From positions 1 through 10,961 of the forward strand of contig JAZDIZ010000107.1 of assembly GCA_043804515.1 (NCBI GenBank): a DNA stretch of 10,961 nucleotides. Reading direction: 5' to 3'. Below the pieces are notes generated by a model. It did not search any database. It was not told the origin of the DNA and saw nothing but the letters and a program-made list of their open reading frames with translations. Positions within the stretch are counted from its first letter, which is position 1. Every line of letters starts with the position of its first letter. Shown here piece after piece: positions 1 through 7,258 of this stretch. A program made the position numbers and the translations under genes. The DNA is from Pseudomonadota bacterium (GTDB lineage Bacteria; Bdellovibrionota_G; JALEGL01; DATDPG01).

Positions 1-335
1 CCCACTGCGACGTGGAATCCCAGGTTCAACGCGTGAAAAGCCCACGCGCTCTTGCCGAAGATCTGCCCGGTCAGGAGGTACAAAAGCGTCGGTACGGGCC
101 TCCAATAGCCGCTCACGGCCGGTTGCTCATGAAGCCCCCAAAAATCCGAGACGAACGCCCGCCAAAGCGTGCCCCAGGCCGAAAGCGAGGGGTTCGTGAC
201 CACCGTGGGAATGTCGTCCCACACAAAGCCGAACGTGAGCGTCACACCCCAAACCGCCACGCCCGCCAAAACGATCAATAGAAGAATCCACCTAACCGCG
301 TTGACTGAAGTGGCCCCGTTCTTTATCATTTTCAT
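1..335 (-). CDS. TMTC-like (GT-C fold) membrane glycosyltransferase / protein O-mannosyltransferase homolog, 5' part only (runs off the left edge)
   Basis: Manual translation from ATG at 335 (alternative ATG at 329) is open to the edge: MKMIKNGATSVNAVRWILLLIVLAGVAVWGVTLTFGFVWDDIPTVVTNPSLSAWGTLWRAFVSDFWGLHEQPAVSGYWRPVPTLLYLLTGQIFGKSAWAFHALNLGFHVAV. A TM helix followed by FVWDD..NP..DFWG..YWRP..FH..N..FH matches the N-terminal pattern of TMTC-family proteins. Confidence 0.85.
   Translation of the reverse strand, partial: MKMIKNGATSVNAVRWILLLIVLAGVAVWGVTLTFGFVWDDIPTVVTNPSLSAWGTLWRAFVSDFWGLHEQPAVSGYWRPVPTLLYLLTGQIFGKSAWAFHALNLGFHVAV
301..329 (+). promoter_or_regulatory. Putative sigma70 promoter for the Ser/Thr kinase
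   Basis: TTGACT (301-306), 17-nt spacer, TATCAT (324-329): both hexamers are 5/6 matches to consensus, ending 48 nt before the GTG at 378. Confidence 0.6.
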
Positions 336-377
336 CCGTTAGTTCTTTTTGCCGGTGACGTCGGGCCTCGTAAACAC

Positions 378-2507
378 GTGAGCTTTAAAACCACTCTATA
401 TGGAAAGTACTTCCTCCTCGATCGCATCGCCGTCGGCGGGATGGCCGAAGTATTCAAGGCCAAGACGTACGGCGTGCGCGGTTTCGAACGCCTCCTCGTC
501 ATCAAGCGCATCCTACCGCATCTTTCCAAAGACGAAGAGTTCGTCGAGATGTTCATCGACGAGGCGAAGATCTCCGTCGAGCTGACTCACGCGAACATCT
601 GCCAGGTCACCGATCTCGGAAAGATCGGGGACAATTACTTCATCGCGATGGAGTACATCGACGGGAAGGATCTGCGCGCCATCCTGAAGAAATGTCACGT
701 CACCAAGACCCCCCTCACGGTCCCGATGGCGCTCTACGTGGCCATCGAGATCCTCAAGGGTCTCGACTACGCCCACAACCGGAAGAATTCCGTTGCGGGC
801 ACGGCGATGAATTTGATCCACCGGGACATCTCCCCGCAGAACATCATGCTTTCCTACCACGGCGAGGTGAAGATCGTGGACTTCGGGATCGCCAAAACGG
901 AGTCCAAACTGAACCGCACGCAAGCCGGAGTTCTCAAGGGGAAGTTCGGTTACATGTCCCCCGAGCAGGCTTCGGGCTTGGAACTCGACGCGCGCACGGA
1001 TCTCTTTTCCGCCGGGATCATCCTCTGGGAGATGCTGACGGGCAAGCGCCTCTTCCTGGGTGAAAACGATTTCGAGACGCTTGAAAAGATCAAGGAGTGC
1101 GTCGTCCCCCCTCCCACCAAGTACAACCCGGGGGTTCCGCCGGAACTCGAACAGGTCGTGCTCAAAGCGCTCGAAAGAGAACCGGACGGAAGGTTCGAAT
1201 CCGCCCAGCAGATGCAAAGCGCTTTGGCCCGCATCTTTTATACGGGATATCCCGACTTTTCCGGCCGGGATTTGGGGGACTCCCTTCGGAGTTTGTTCTC
1301 GGAAGAGATCGAGCTCGAACAAGAGGCGCTTCGCAGGGCGATCGATTCCCTTCCTCCCGAGGAGCTCGAGGCTGCAATCAGCGGCGCCGAGTCCGCCGGC
1401 GATAGGCTCGTGGATTCCGGAGTCGGCCGACGCACATCCCAAAGCACCTCCCGCCGCGTTTCCGGTCCGATCGCCGCCTCAGGGGTTCGTGCGGAAACGA
1501 ACCTGAGGCCGGTGCACGCAAGCCGGCTCCTCCGCGCGGTTCTTCTGGTGCTCGTCCCGGCCCTTCTCATCCTCGGCGTATGGAAATGGATGGGGCGCGG
1601 GCCCGGCGAGGGTTCTTCTTCGGCCTCGAAAACCGCTGCCGGAGCCACCCAGTCGATCCAGATCAGTACGAACCCTCCCGGGGCCGAGGCCACCGTCGAC
1701 GGTGAGCCCAAAGGAAAAACACCGCTGGCCATCGCTCTACCCGTCGGCCGTTACCATCTTCTCCGTTTCGAAAAAGAAGGCTTCGAGCCCCGGGAGGAGC
1801 AGCTGTTCGTGGAGGCGAACAAGACGGCGTACGGGCCGTACGTGCTGAACGAGAAAGCCCCCGAGACCGGCGTCCTGACGGTAACCAGCATGCCCGCTGG
1901 GGCCTCCATCGTGCTCAACGGCAGGAATACGACGTTCAAGACACCCGCAAAGGTGGAGGACATCCCGCTGAAGGAAAAAGTCAGCGTACGCGTCGAGCTT
2001 GACGGGTACGTGTCGAAATCCAAGTCTGTCGTGATGGCCGACCCGGTCGAAAAACTCCACTTTCTCTTGGAGTCCAATCTCACTACGGTCACGCTGCGTG
2101 TGACCCCCGGCAACGCCACCGTCTATTGGGACGGAAAAGAAGGGGGATACGAGCGCCTCAACCTAGTGCCGGGCAGGACGTACGCCTTGAAGGTCACTTC
2201 CCCCGGCTACGAGCCTCTCGTAAGGAAGATCACGCCCAAGGTGTCTCACGAGGTCGTGGATATCGTCCTCAAGCCGATCGTCATGAAATACGGCATCATC
2301 AGCATGGGGGCCAACCCTTGGGCCAAGGTTTGGATTGACGGCAAGGAAATCGGCGACACCCAGATCGTGAATTACAAGGTCACCGCCGGAACTCACGTCA
2401 TCGAGTTCACGAATCCGCACTTCCCCTCCATCCGCAGGAAGGTGAACGTCCTCGAGGGACGAAACCAAGCCATTCTCGTGGATTTCCAGCAACCCGACGC
2501 TCGGTAA
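378..2507 (+). CDS. Membrane-anchored Hanks-type Ser/Thr protein kinase with C-terminal extracytoplasmic PEGA repeats
   Basis: G-loop IAVGGMAEVFKA, LVIKRI, catalytic loop IHRDISPQN, DFG and GKFGYMSPEQ. A TM segment LLRAVLLVLVPALLILGVW is followed by about four PEGA-like repeats (ISTNPPGAEATVDG, VTSMPAGASIVLNG, RVTPGNATVYWDG, GANPWAKVWIDG). GTG start with no clear SD; an in-frame stop at 306-308 limits upstream extension. Confidence 0.95.
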   Translation: MSFKTTLYGKYFLLDRIAVGGMAEVFKAKTYGVRGFERLLVIKRILPHLSKDEEFVEMFIDEAKISVELTHANICQVTDLGKIGDNYFIAMEYIDGKDLRAILKKCHVTKTPLTVPMALYVAIEILKGLDYAHNRKNSVAGTAMNLIHRDISPQNIMLSYHGEVKIVDFGIAKTESKLNRTQAGVLKGKFGYMSPEQASGLELDARTDLFSAGIILWEMLTGKRLFLGENDFETLEKIKECVVPPPTKYNPGVPPELEQVVLKALEREPDGRFESAQQMQSALARIFYTGYPDFSGRDLGDSLRSLFSEEIELEQEALRRAIDSLPPEELEAAISGAESAGDRLVDSGVGRRTSQSTSRRVSGPIAASGVRAETNLRPVHASRLLRAVLLVLVPALLILGVWKWMGRGPGEGSSSASKTAAGATQSIQISTNPPGAEATVDGEPKGKTPLAIALPVGRYHLLRFEKEGFEPREEQLFVEANKTAYGPYVLNEKAPETGVLTVTSMPAGASIVLNGRNTTFKTPAKVEDIPLKEKVSVRVELDGYVSKSKSVVMADPVEKLHFLLESNLTTVTLRVTPGNATVYWDGKEGGYERLNLVPGRTYALKVTSPGYEPLVRKITPKVSHEVVDIVLKPIVMKYGIISMGANPWAKVWIDGKEIGDTQIVNYKVTAGTHVIEFTNPHFPSIRRKVNVLEGRNQAILVDFQQPDAR

Positions 2508-2537
2508 GCCCGCGGCTCGCTCTGGTTCGTAAAAACA

Positions 2538-2566
2538 TTGACGTCCCGGCGTGGGGCCGCTGTAAT
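2538..2566 (+). promoter_or_regulatory. Possible sigma70 promoter for the small Zn-ribbon gene
   Basis: TTGACG (2538-2543), 17-nt spacer, TGTAAT (2561-2566), preceded by an A-tract. The -10 lacks the conserved second-position A. Confidence 0.4.
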
Positions 2567-2594
2567 TCCCGCCCAATCGCAAAGAGGTGAATAC

Positions 2595-2756
2595 GTGGCA
2601 GATCCTGCTAACGAAGGATATTGCGTGAAGTGCAAATCGAAACAGCCGATGACGAACGTTGAAATCGTCCAAATGAAAAACGGCAGGCCCGCCGCAAAAG
2701 GAACCTGCTCCAAGTGCGGTACGGGCGTCTATAAGATCCTTCCCCGCCCAAAATAG
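2595..2756 (+). CDS. Small basic 4-Cys zinc-ribbon protein, DUF5679-like (53 aa)
   Basis: MADPANEGYCVKCKSKQPMTNVEIVQMKNGRPAAKGTCSKCGTGVYKILPRPK: YCxKC..KNGR.A.KG.C..CGT...KI pattern. Start moved to GTG 2595 because of the SD GAGGTG at 2584-2589. Confidence 0.85.
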   Translation: MADPANEGYCVKCKSKQPMTNVEIVQMKNGRPAAKGTCSKCGTGVYKILPRPK

Positions 2757-2779
2757 AGACCTCTTTGTGTTTCGCCGAA

Positions 2780-2815
2780 GGAGGAGGAAAAGACCGGCTT
2801 GCCCTCTCCTCCTCC
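2780..2815. repeat. Inverted repeat downstream of the small gene (possible 3' stem-loop)
   Basis: GGAGGAGGA (2780-2788) is complementary to TCCTCCTCC (2807-2815). No U-tract follows, so it is not a canonical intrinsic terminator. Confidence 0.5.
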
Positions 2816-2830
2816 CCGGGGGACTCCTCC

Positions 2831-3009
2831 TAACAGGGTGTTGAACAACACCAAAAATGGCAGGTTGGTCAAAAAGGCGTCAGATGCTAGGCGCTCGTGA
2901 AATCGCGACTGAGCTGATGGGGACACCCTAACAGGGTGTCCCCCACTCGCGCCGCAAGGAGACGATGAGCGAGCAACGACGCAGATGGCCCTTTTTCAAC
3001 AACCCGCTA
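2831..3009. mobile_element. Non-coding MITE/REP-like element with imperfect terminal inverted repeats and an internal palindrome
   Basis: The right end reads TAGCGGGTTGTTGAAAAAGGG on the minus strand (3009-2989). It matches TAACAGGGTGTTGAACAA (2831-2848, 14/18) and TGGCAGGTTGGTCAAAAAGGC (2858-2878, 16/21). There is a perfect internal hairpin GGGGACACCCT-AAC-AGGGTGTCCCC (2919-2943). Confidence 0.6.
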
Positions 3010-4587
3010 ACGCTGATTGGATGCGATCAGATCCAGCGCCTTCGGCCAGAGCCAGTTCGTCGGTGCCGGGGCGCCCGACTTCTTCACGAATCCGCGCCGG
3101 GCAAAGATCGCTTTCATGGCGCTCTGGTGGCTGCCTTGGAAGAGGGCCTTGTCCGAAGCCATGACGGCCCGGTACATGTCCTCCATTTTCGTAGCCCCGA
3201 GCAATCCCGTGGGTTTCAGCCGGATCAGGGCGTCAATCGAGATTTGGTCCGCGGCGTCCGCCCCGACATCAGGGCTCTCGCGCACTTCCCATAGCGCGCC
3301 CGACCAAATCTGGCCGGCTTCGTGGGCTTCACCCTTTCGACTCGAACTCGTCAGGAGAATGTCGGTGTCGCATCGACGCATCGGTTTCTCGCTCATCATG
3401 ATGCCCGTGCCTACCGTCGGGTCGTTGTAGGTGGCGCAAGCGATGAAGTCGGCCATACCCTCGTGCACGGCGGGCCCGTCTCCAACATTACCGCTCATCA
3501 CGATTTGGGCCAGCTCATCGATCGCCCGGTGCCCATTCTCATGGATCAAAACCGTGCCGTCGCGTGCCAGGTCCTTCAGCTCCTTGCCGTCACCATCACC
3601 CAAAACGATCTGGTCCCCGTCGTAGTAGGCGTTCCCATAGTTCTCCCCATAGTGCACGACGATCGGAAGGCTTCGGAAGGGTTGGTATCCGCGGCTTATG
3701 AGCCAGGGCATGCCTACCTGCATTCCGTAATAGGCCTGGACCTCGTCGAAGTGAGTGCTTTCCAGGCCGTAGAGATAGTCCCCCTCCGCGGACGAGGCGG
3801 AAGCGACATCTTCATTTTGAATCGACCAGTACGGGCTTGCCAGTCGGTCGGCCGACAAGAGGTTCTCCAGCCGGACTTTCTTAAGATCGGGAGTCGTCAC
3901 CGGATCGCGCGGATAGACCTGGCCCCGGGCGGACGCGAACCAGATCCGGTTCTCGTACGTCACGAGTGCCCCCCTGCCGTCCATATATGCCACGAAGTGA
4001 TGAGCGGGGCCTTGGAAGTGAACCACGTAGCCTCCCCGAACCGCCGAGAGGTCCTCGCTTTGGATCCAGGCGGGCTCGGCCGCAGCCGCAACCGGCCCGT
4101 CGAAGACTGTCCCCACCCCTGTCGCGGAAATCCCTGACCAACCGGTGTCCCGCGGAGGATCGGTTTTCAACGCCTGCCGCATGGCCTCAACAGCCCGCCC
4201 GCGCATCTCGGCATCATTCAGAACGACGTCCTCGCGAGCCTTCAAGCACTCCCCATCGCAAAGGCGGGCGGCTCTCTCGATCGCTTCGCCCGTGGGCGAA
4301 AAACATATTTGTGCTTGGGCGCCCAGGATCTCCCGCCCGTTCAGGAGTTGGCGAAACCGGCTGCAGAAGAGATCGCCGACACCCACGGTTTCACCGGACA
4401 CGAACGTCGAATCCTCGCTGAGTCCGGCTTCCACCTTGAGTTCCGAGAGAAACGCGGCCGCGGCCTCCTGCGCCCGCTGCATAGATGTGGATTGGGACTG
4501 AGCGACCTGAAATGGCCCGGCGAAGCCCCCCTCCCAAGCGAATGCCGTCAGAACGCCCAGAACAAACGCGTTGCTCCGCCGAACCAT
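3007..4587 (-). CDS. Secreted zinc metalloprotease, M4 (thermolysin)/M36 (fungalysin)-like, with signal peptide and propeptide
   Basis: HEXXH = HENGH, third ligand in VHEGMADF, NAYYDGDQIVLGDGDG and EAHEAGQIWSGALW. An FTP-like propeptide segment RFRQLLNGREILGAQ is present. Start moved to ATG 4587, which has SD AAGGAGG and gives the signal-like N-terminus MVRRSNAFVLGVLTAFAW. Confidence 0.9.
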   Translation of the reverse strand: MVRRSNAFVLGVLTAFAWEGGFAGPFQVAQSQSTSMQRAQEAAAAFLSELKVEAGLSEDSTFVSGETVGVGDLFCSRFRQLLNGREILGAQAQICFSPTGEAIERAARLCDGECLKAREDVVLNDAEMRGRAVEAMRQALKTDPPRDTGWSGISATGVGTVFDGPVAAAAEPAWIQSEDLSAVRGGYVVHFQGPAHHFVAYMDGRGALVTYENRIWFASARGQVYPRDPVTTPDLKKVRLENLLSADRLASPYWSIQNEDVASASSAEGDYLYGLESTHFDEVQAYYGMQVGMPWLISRGYQPFRSLPIVVHYGENYGNAYYDGDQIVLGDGDGKELKDLARDGTVLIHENGHRAIDELAQIVMSGNVGDGPAVHEGMADFIACATYNDPTVGTGIMMSEKPMRRCDTDILLTSSSRKGEAHEAGQIWSGALWEVRESPDVGADAADQISIDALIRLKPTGLLGATKMEDMYRAVMASDKALFQGSHQSAMKAIFARRGFVKKSGAPAPTNWLWPKALDLIASNQR

Positions 4588-4617
4588 CTCCCCCTCCTTC
4601 GCTTGCGAACCCCCGTC

Positions 4618-4640
4618 GTCACATTTCCCCACAATGTGAC
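4618..4640. promoter_or_regulatory. Perfect 8-bp inverted repeat, candidate operator
   Basis: GTCACATT-N7-AATGTGAC, about 30 nt upstream of the protease start in the AT-richer divergent intergenic region. Confidence 0.4.
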
Positions 4641-4799
4641 CTATCTGTCGCATTTATATCAGGTGAGTAGGAAAAATCTACACAATTGTTACAGAACACT
4701 GCGGCATATGTTCCGCAACGTCGCGTCAATCCTGGTTCGGAACTCGCTGCCCCATCCGTAGATTGACTTCATGCTCACGTCTGATACCCGTCCCGCACC

Positions 4800-5846
4800 A
4801 TGCCGGTTCGAGACGAGGCAACAAAAAGCTCTGTATTCCTGAAGGCTTGTCGGAAAGAAAAGGCGCCCCACACCCCCGTCTGGCTTATGCGCCAGGCCGG
4901 CCGCTATATGAAGGAGTATCGGGAGATCCGGGAAAAGGTTCGGTTTCTGGAACTTGTGAAGACCCCGGATTTGGCCTGTCGTGTCACCGTGGCGGCGGTT
5001 GAGAAGCTAAGAACGGATGCCGCGATTATCTTCGCGGACATCCTCGTGATCACGGAACCGATGGGCTTTGAGTTGGAATTCCCCGAGAAAAGCGGCCCGG
5101 TGATTCACAACCCTTTCGCCTCCTCAAAGGACCTCGCCAGGCTTGAGGAGTTCGATCCCCGGGAATCCCTCTCCTTCGTAATGGAGGCGATCTCGCTAAC
5201 CCGCAAGGCGCTCAAGCCGGACATTCCGCTGATCGGTTTCGCCGGCGCCCCCTTCACCGTCGCTTCGTACGTGATTGAAGGTGCCAGCTCCCGGGACTTC
5301 CAACGAACCAAGACGCTCATGCGCTCGGATCCAGGACTATGGAAGGCTCTGCTCGAACGAATCTCGCAGGCAACGACAAATTACCTTCTGGCTCAAATCG
5401 AAGCGGGGGCCGAGGCGATCCAACTCTTCGACACCTGGATCGGGACACTGAATCCGCGGGAATACAAAGAGTACGCTCTCCCTTACACGCGCCAGGTATT
5501 GGAAGCCCTGCCGAAGGACGTGCCTCGGATCTATTTCGGAACGGGGACGGAGGCATTCCTGGAGGAGTTCGCACTCGCCGGCGCCTCGGTGATCGGCGTC
5601 GACTTCCGCTCTCCCCTCGACAAAGCCTGGAGCAGGCTGGGAGACGCCGCAATCCAGGGAAACCTCGATCCTACGGCACTCCTTTCCGATCGGGATGTGA
5701 TCCGTAGGGAGGCCACGTACGTACTGAACGAAGCCCGGGGCCGACGGGGCCACATCTTCAACCTGGGCCACGGCGTCCTTCCCCAGACCCCGTTCGAGAA
5801 CGTCCGCTATCTCGTGGATTTCGTCCACGAGGCGACGGCCGCATGA
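4800..5846 (+). CDS. hemE: Uroporphyrinogen decarboxylase
   Basis: Signature motifs PVWLMRQAGRYMKEY, DAAIIFADIL, LIGFAGAPFTVASYVIEG, IQLFDTW, IQGNLDP and HIFNLGHGVLP. Confidence 0.98.
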   Translation: MPVRDEATKSSVFLKACRKEKAPHTPVWLMRQAGRYMKEYREIREKVRFLELVKTPDLACRVTVAAVEKLRTDAAIIFADILVITEPMGFELEFPEKSGPVIHNPFASSKDLARLEEFDPRESLSFVMEAISLTRKALKPDIPLIGFAGAPFTVASYVIEGASSRDFQRTKTLMRSDPGLWKALLERISQATTNYLLAQIEAGAEAIQLFDTWIGTLNPREYKEYALPYTRQVLEALPKDVPRIYFGTGTEAFLEEFALAGASVIGVDFRSPLDKAWSRLGDAAIQGNLDPTALLSDRDVIRREATYVLNEARGRRGHIFNLGHGVLPQTPFENVRYLVDFVHEATAA

Positions 5847-7258
5847 TCCAGAACCCCTCCCCCACAGCCGTCATCATTGGGGGCGGCATCGGAGGCCTCA
5901 CGGCCGCGTACCGCCTCACAGAGCGTTGCAGCGCGGCCGGAATCGCCGTAAAAATCCACCTGGTCGAAAGCGCGTCGCGGCTGGGAGGTGTGATCCGCAC
6001 GTTCCGCGAAGGGGACTTCCTCTTCGAAGGCGGCCCGGACTGTTTCATTTCCGAGAAAAAGGCGGGGATCCGCCTCACGCACGATCTGGGGCTCGACGGG
6101 GAACTCCTGGGGACGACGCCGCAATTCCGCGCCGGCTTCATCCTCAGCCGTGGAAAGCTTCGACCGGTCCCTCAGGGACTCTATTTGATGGCTCCCTCGG
6201 CCCTTCTCCCGTTCGCGCGTTCGCCCCTGATGAGCTGGAGGGGGAAGCTCCGCGCCGGAATGGACCTCTTTCTCCCCAGGAATCCGCCCAAGGAAGACGA
6301 ATCGCTGGCGAGTTTCGTCCGCCGGCGTCTGGGGAAGGAGATGCTCGAGAAAGTGGCCCAACCGATGATCTCCGGCATTTACACGGCCGATCCCGAAAAA
6401 TTGAGCCTGCGCGCCACAATGCCCCAGTTTCTGGAATGGGAAGAGAAATACGGAAGCGTGATCCGCGGAATCCGGCGGCGAAAGTCCACCGCTCACGCCA
6501 GCGGACCGCGATACGGCCTTTTCGTGACGTATCGGGAAGGGATGGAAGCCCTGATCCGCCGGCTGGCCGAACGCCTCGTGGACACCCTCGTCCATCTCAA
6601 CACGCAGGCCGTATCCTTGCGCCCCGAACGGTCCGGCTGGCGCGTGCAATTGGCCAACGATTCCTCACTCCAGGCCGACTGGGTGTTCGTGGCTACTCCA
6701 TGCCACCAAGCCGCGGCCTTGACGGAAGCCTTCGCGCCGAAACTGGCGGAGCTCCTGCGCACGGTCCCCTACGCGTCCAGCTTGATTCTGAATTTCGCGT
6801 ACCGCAGCGAGCAGATCTCGGATCAGATGAAGGGAATGGGATTTGTGATCCCTGCCGTCGAGCGCAAATCGTTGATGGCTTGTTCGTTCACGCATCGGAA
6901 ATACGCGCATCGGTGTCCGGAAGGTTTCGCGCTCCTGAGGGCTTTTGCCGGAGGAGCCATGAACGAAGGGCTTTTTGAGAAAGAGGACGCGGAAATCATC
7001 CGACTGGTCCAATCCGATCTGGAACAGATTCTTAGGATCTCGGGACCACCTCAGAGGCTCACGCTCACCCGTTGGCGGCAGAGCATGCCGCAATATTCCG
7101 TGGGCCACATGGCACGCGTCGAGGCGATCGAGAAAGAACTGTCGCGCCACCCGGGGCTGGAGTTGGTGGGAAACGGTTATCGGGGCGTCGGAACGCCCGA
7201 CGTCATCGCGAGCGCCGAGCGGGCCGTGGATCAAATCCTGCCGGCTACGCGACCGTAA
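5843..7258 (+). CDS. hemY: HemY-type FAD-dependent protoporphyrinogen/coproporphyrinogen oxidase
   Basis: Dinucleotide-binding motif [14 protein letters not shown]...[41 protein letters not shown] and [21 protein letters not shown] overlap with hemE. Confidence 0.96.
   Translation: MIQNPSPTAVIIGGGIGGLTAAYRLTERCSAAGIAVKIHLVESASRLGGVIRTFREGDFLFEGGPDCFISEKKAGIRLTHDLGLDGELLGTTPQFRAGFILSRGKLRPVPQGLYLMAPSALLPFARSPLMSWRGKLRAGMDLFLPRNPPKEDESLASFVRRRLGKEMLEKVAQPMISGIYTADPEKLSLRATMPQFLEWEEKYGSVIRGIRRRKSTAHASGPRYGLFVTYREGMEALIRRLAERLVDTLVHLNTQAVSLRPERSGWRVQLANDSSLQADWVFVATPCHQAAALTEAFAPKLAELLRTVPYASSLILNFAYRSEQISDQMKGMGFVIPAVERKSLMACSFTHRKYAHRCPEGFALLRAFAGGAMNEGLFEKEDAEIIRLVQSDLEQILRISGPPQRLTLTRWRQSMPQYSVGHMARVEAIEKELSRHPGLELVGNGYRGVGTPDVIASAERAVDQILPATRP

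Noticed and set aside
12..281. 89-aa plus-strand ORF
   Set aside because: Arg/Pro-rich shadow of the convincing TMTC-like gene on the opposite strand.
513..1442. 309-aa minus-strand ORF and other long overlapping ORFs (e.g. 5926-6978, 3322-4137, 5807-6649)
   Set aside because: Alternative-frame or antisense ORFs expected in GC-rich DNA, lying within well-supported genes.
2538..2594. N-terminal extension of the small ORF from TTG 2538
   Set aside because: The TTG is part of the candidate -35 box, and the SD supports GTG 2595.
2829..2939. CRISPR array suggested by the repeated CCTAACAGGGTGT
   Set aside because: Only two 13-bp copies 98 nt apart, no regular repeat-spacer pattern and no cas genes.
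4588..4653. Longer N-terminus of the protease
   Set aside because: The strong SD and signal-like sequence support ATG 4587.
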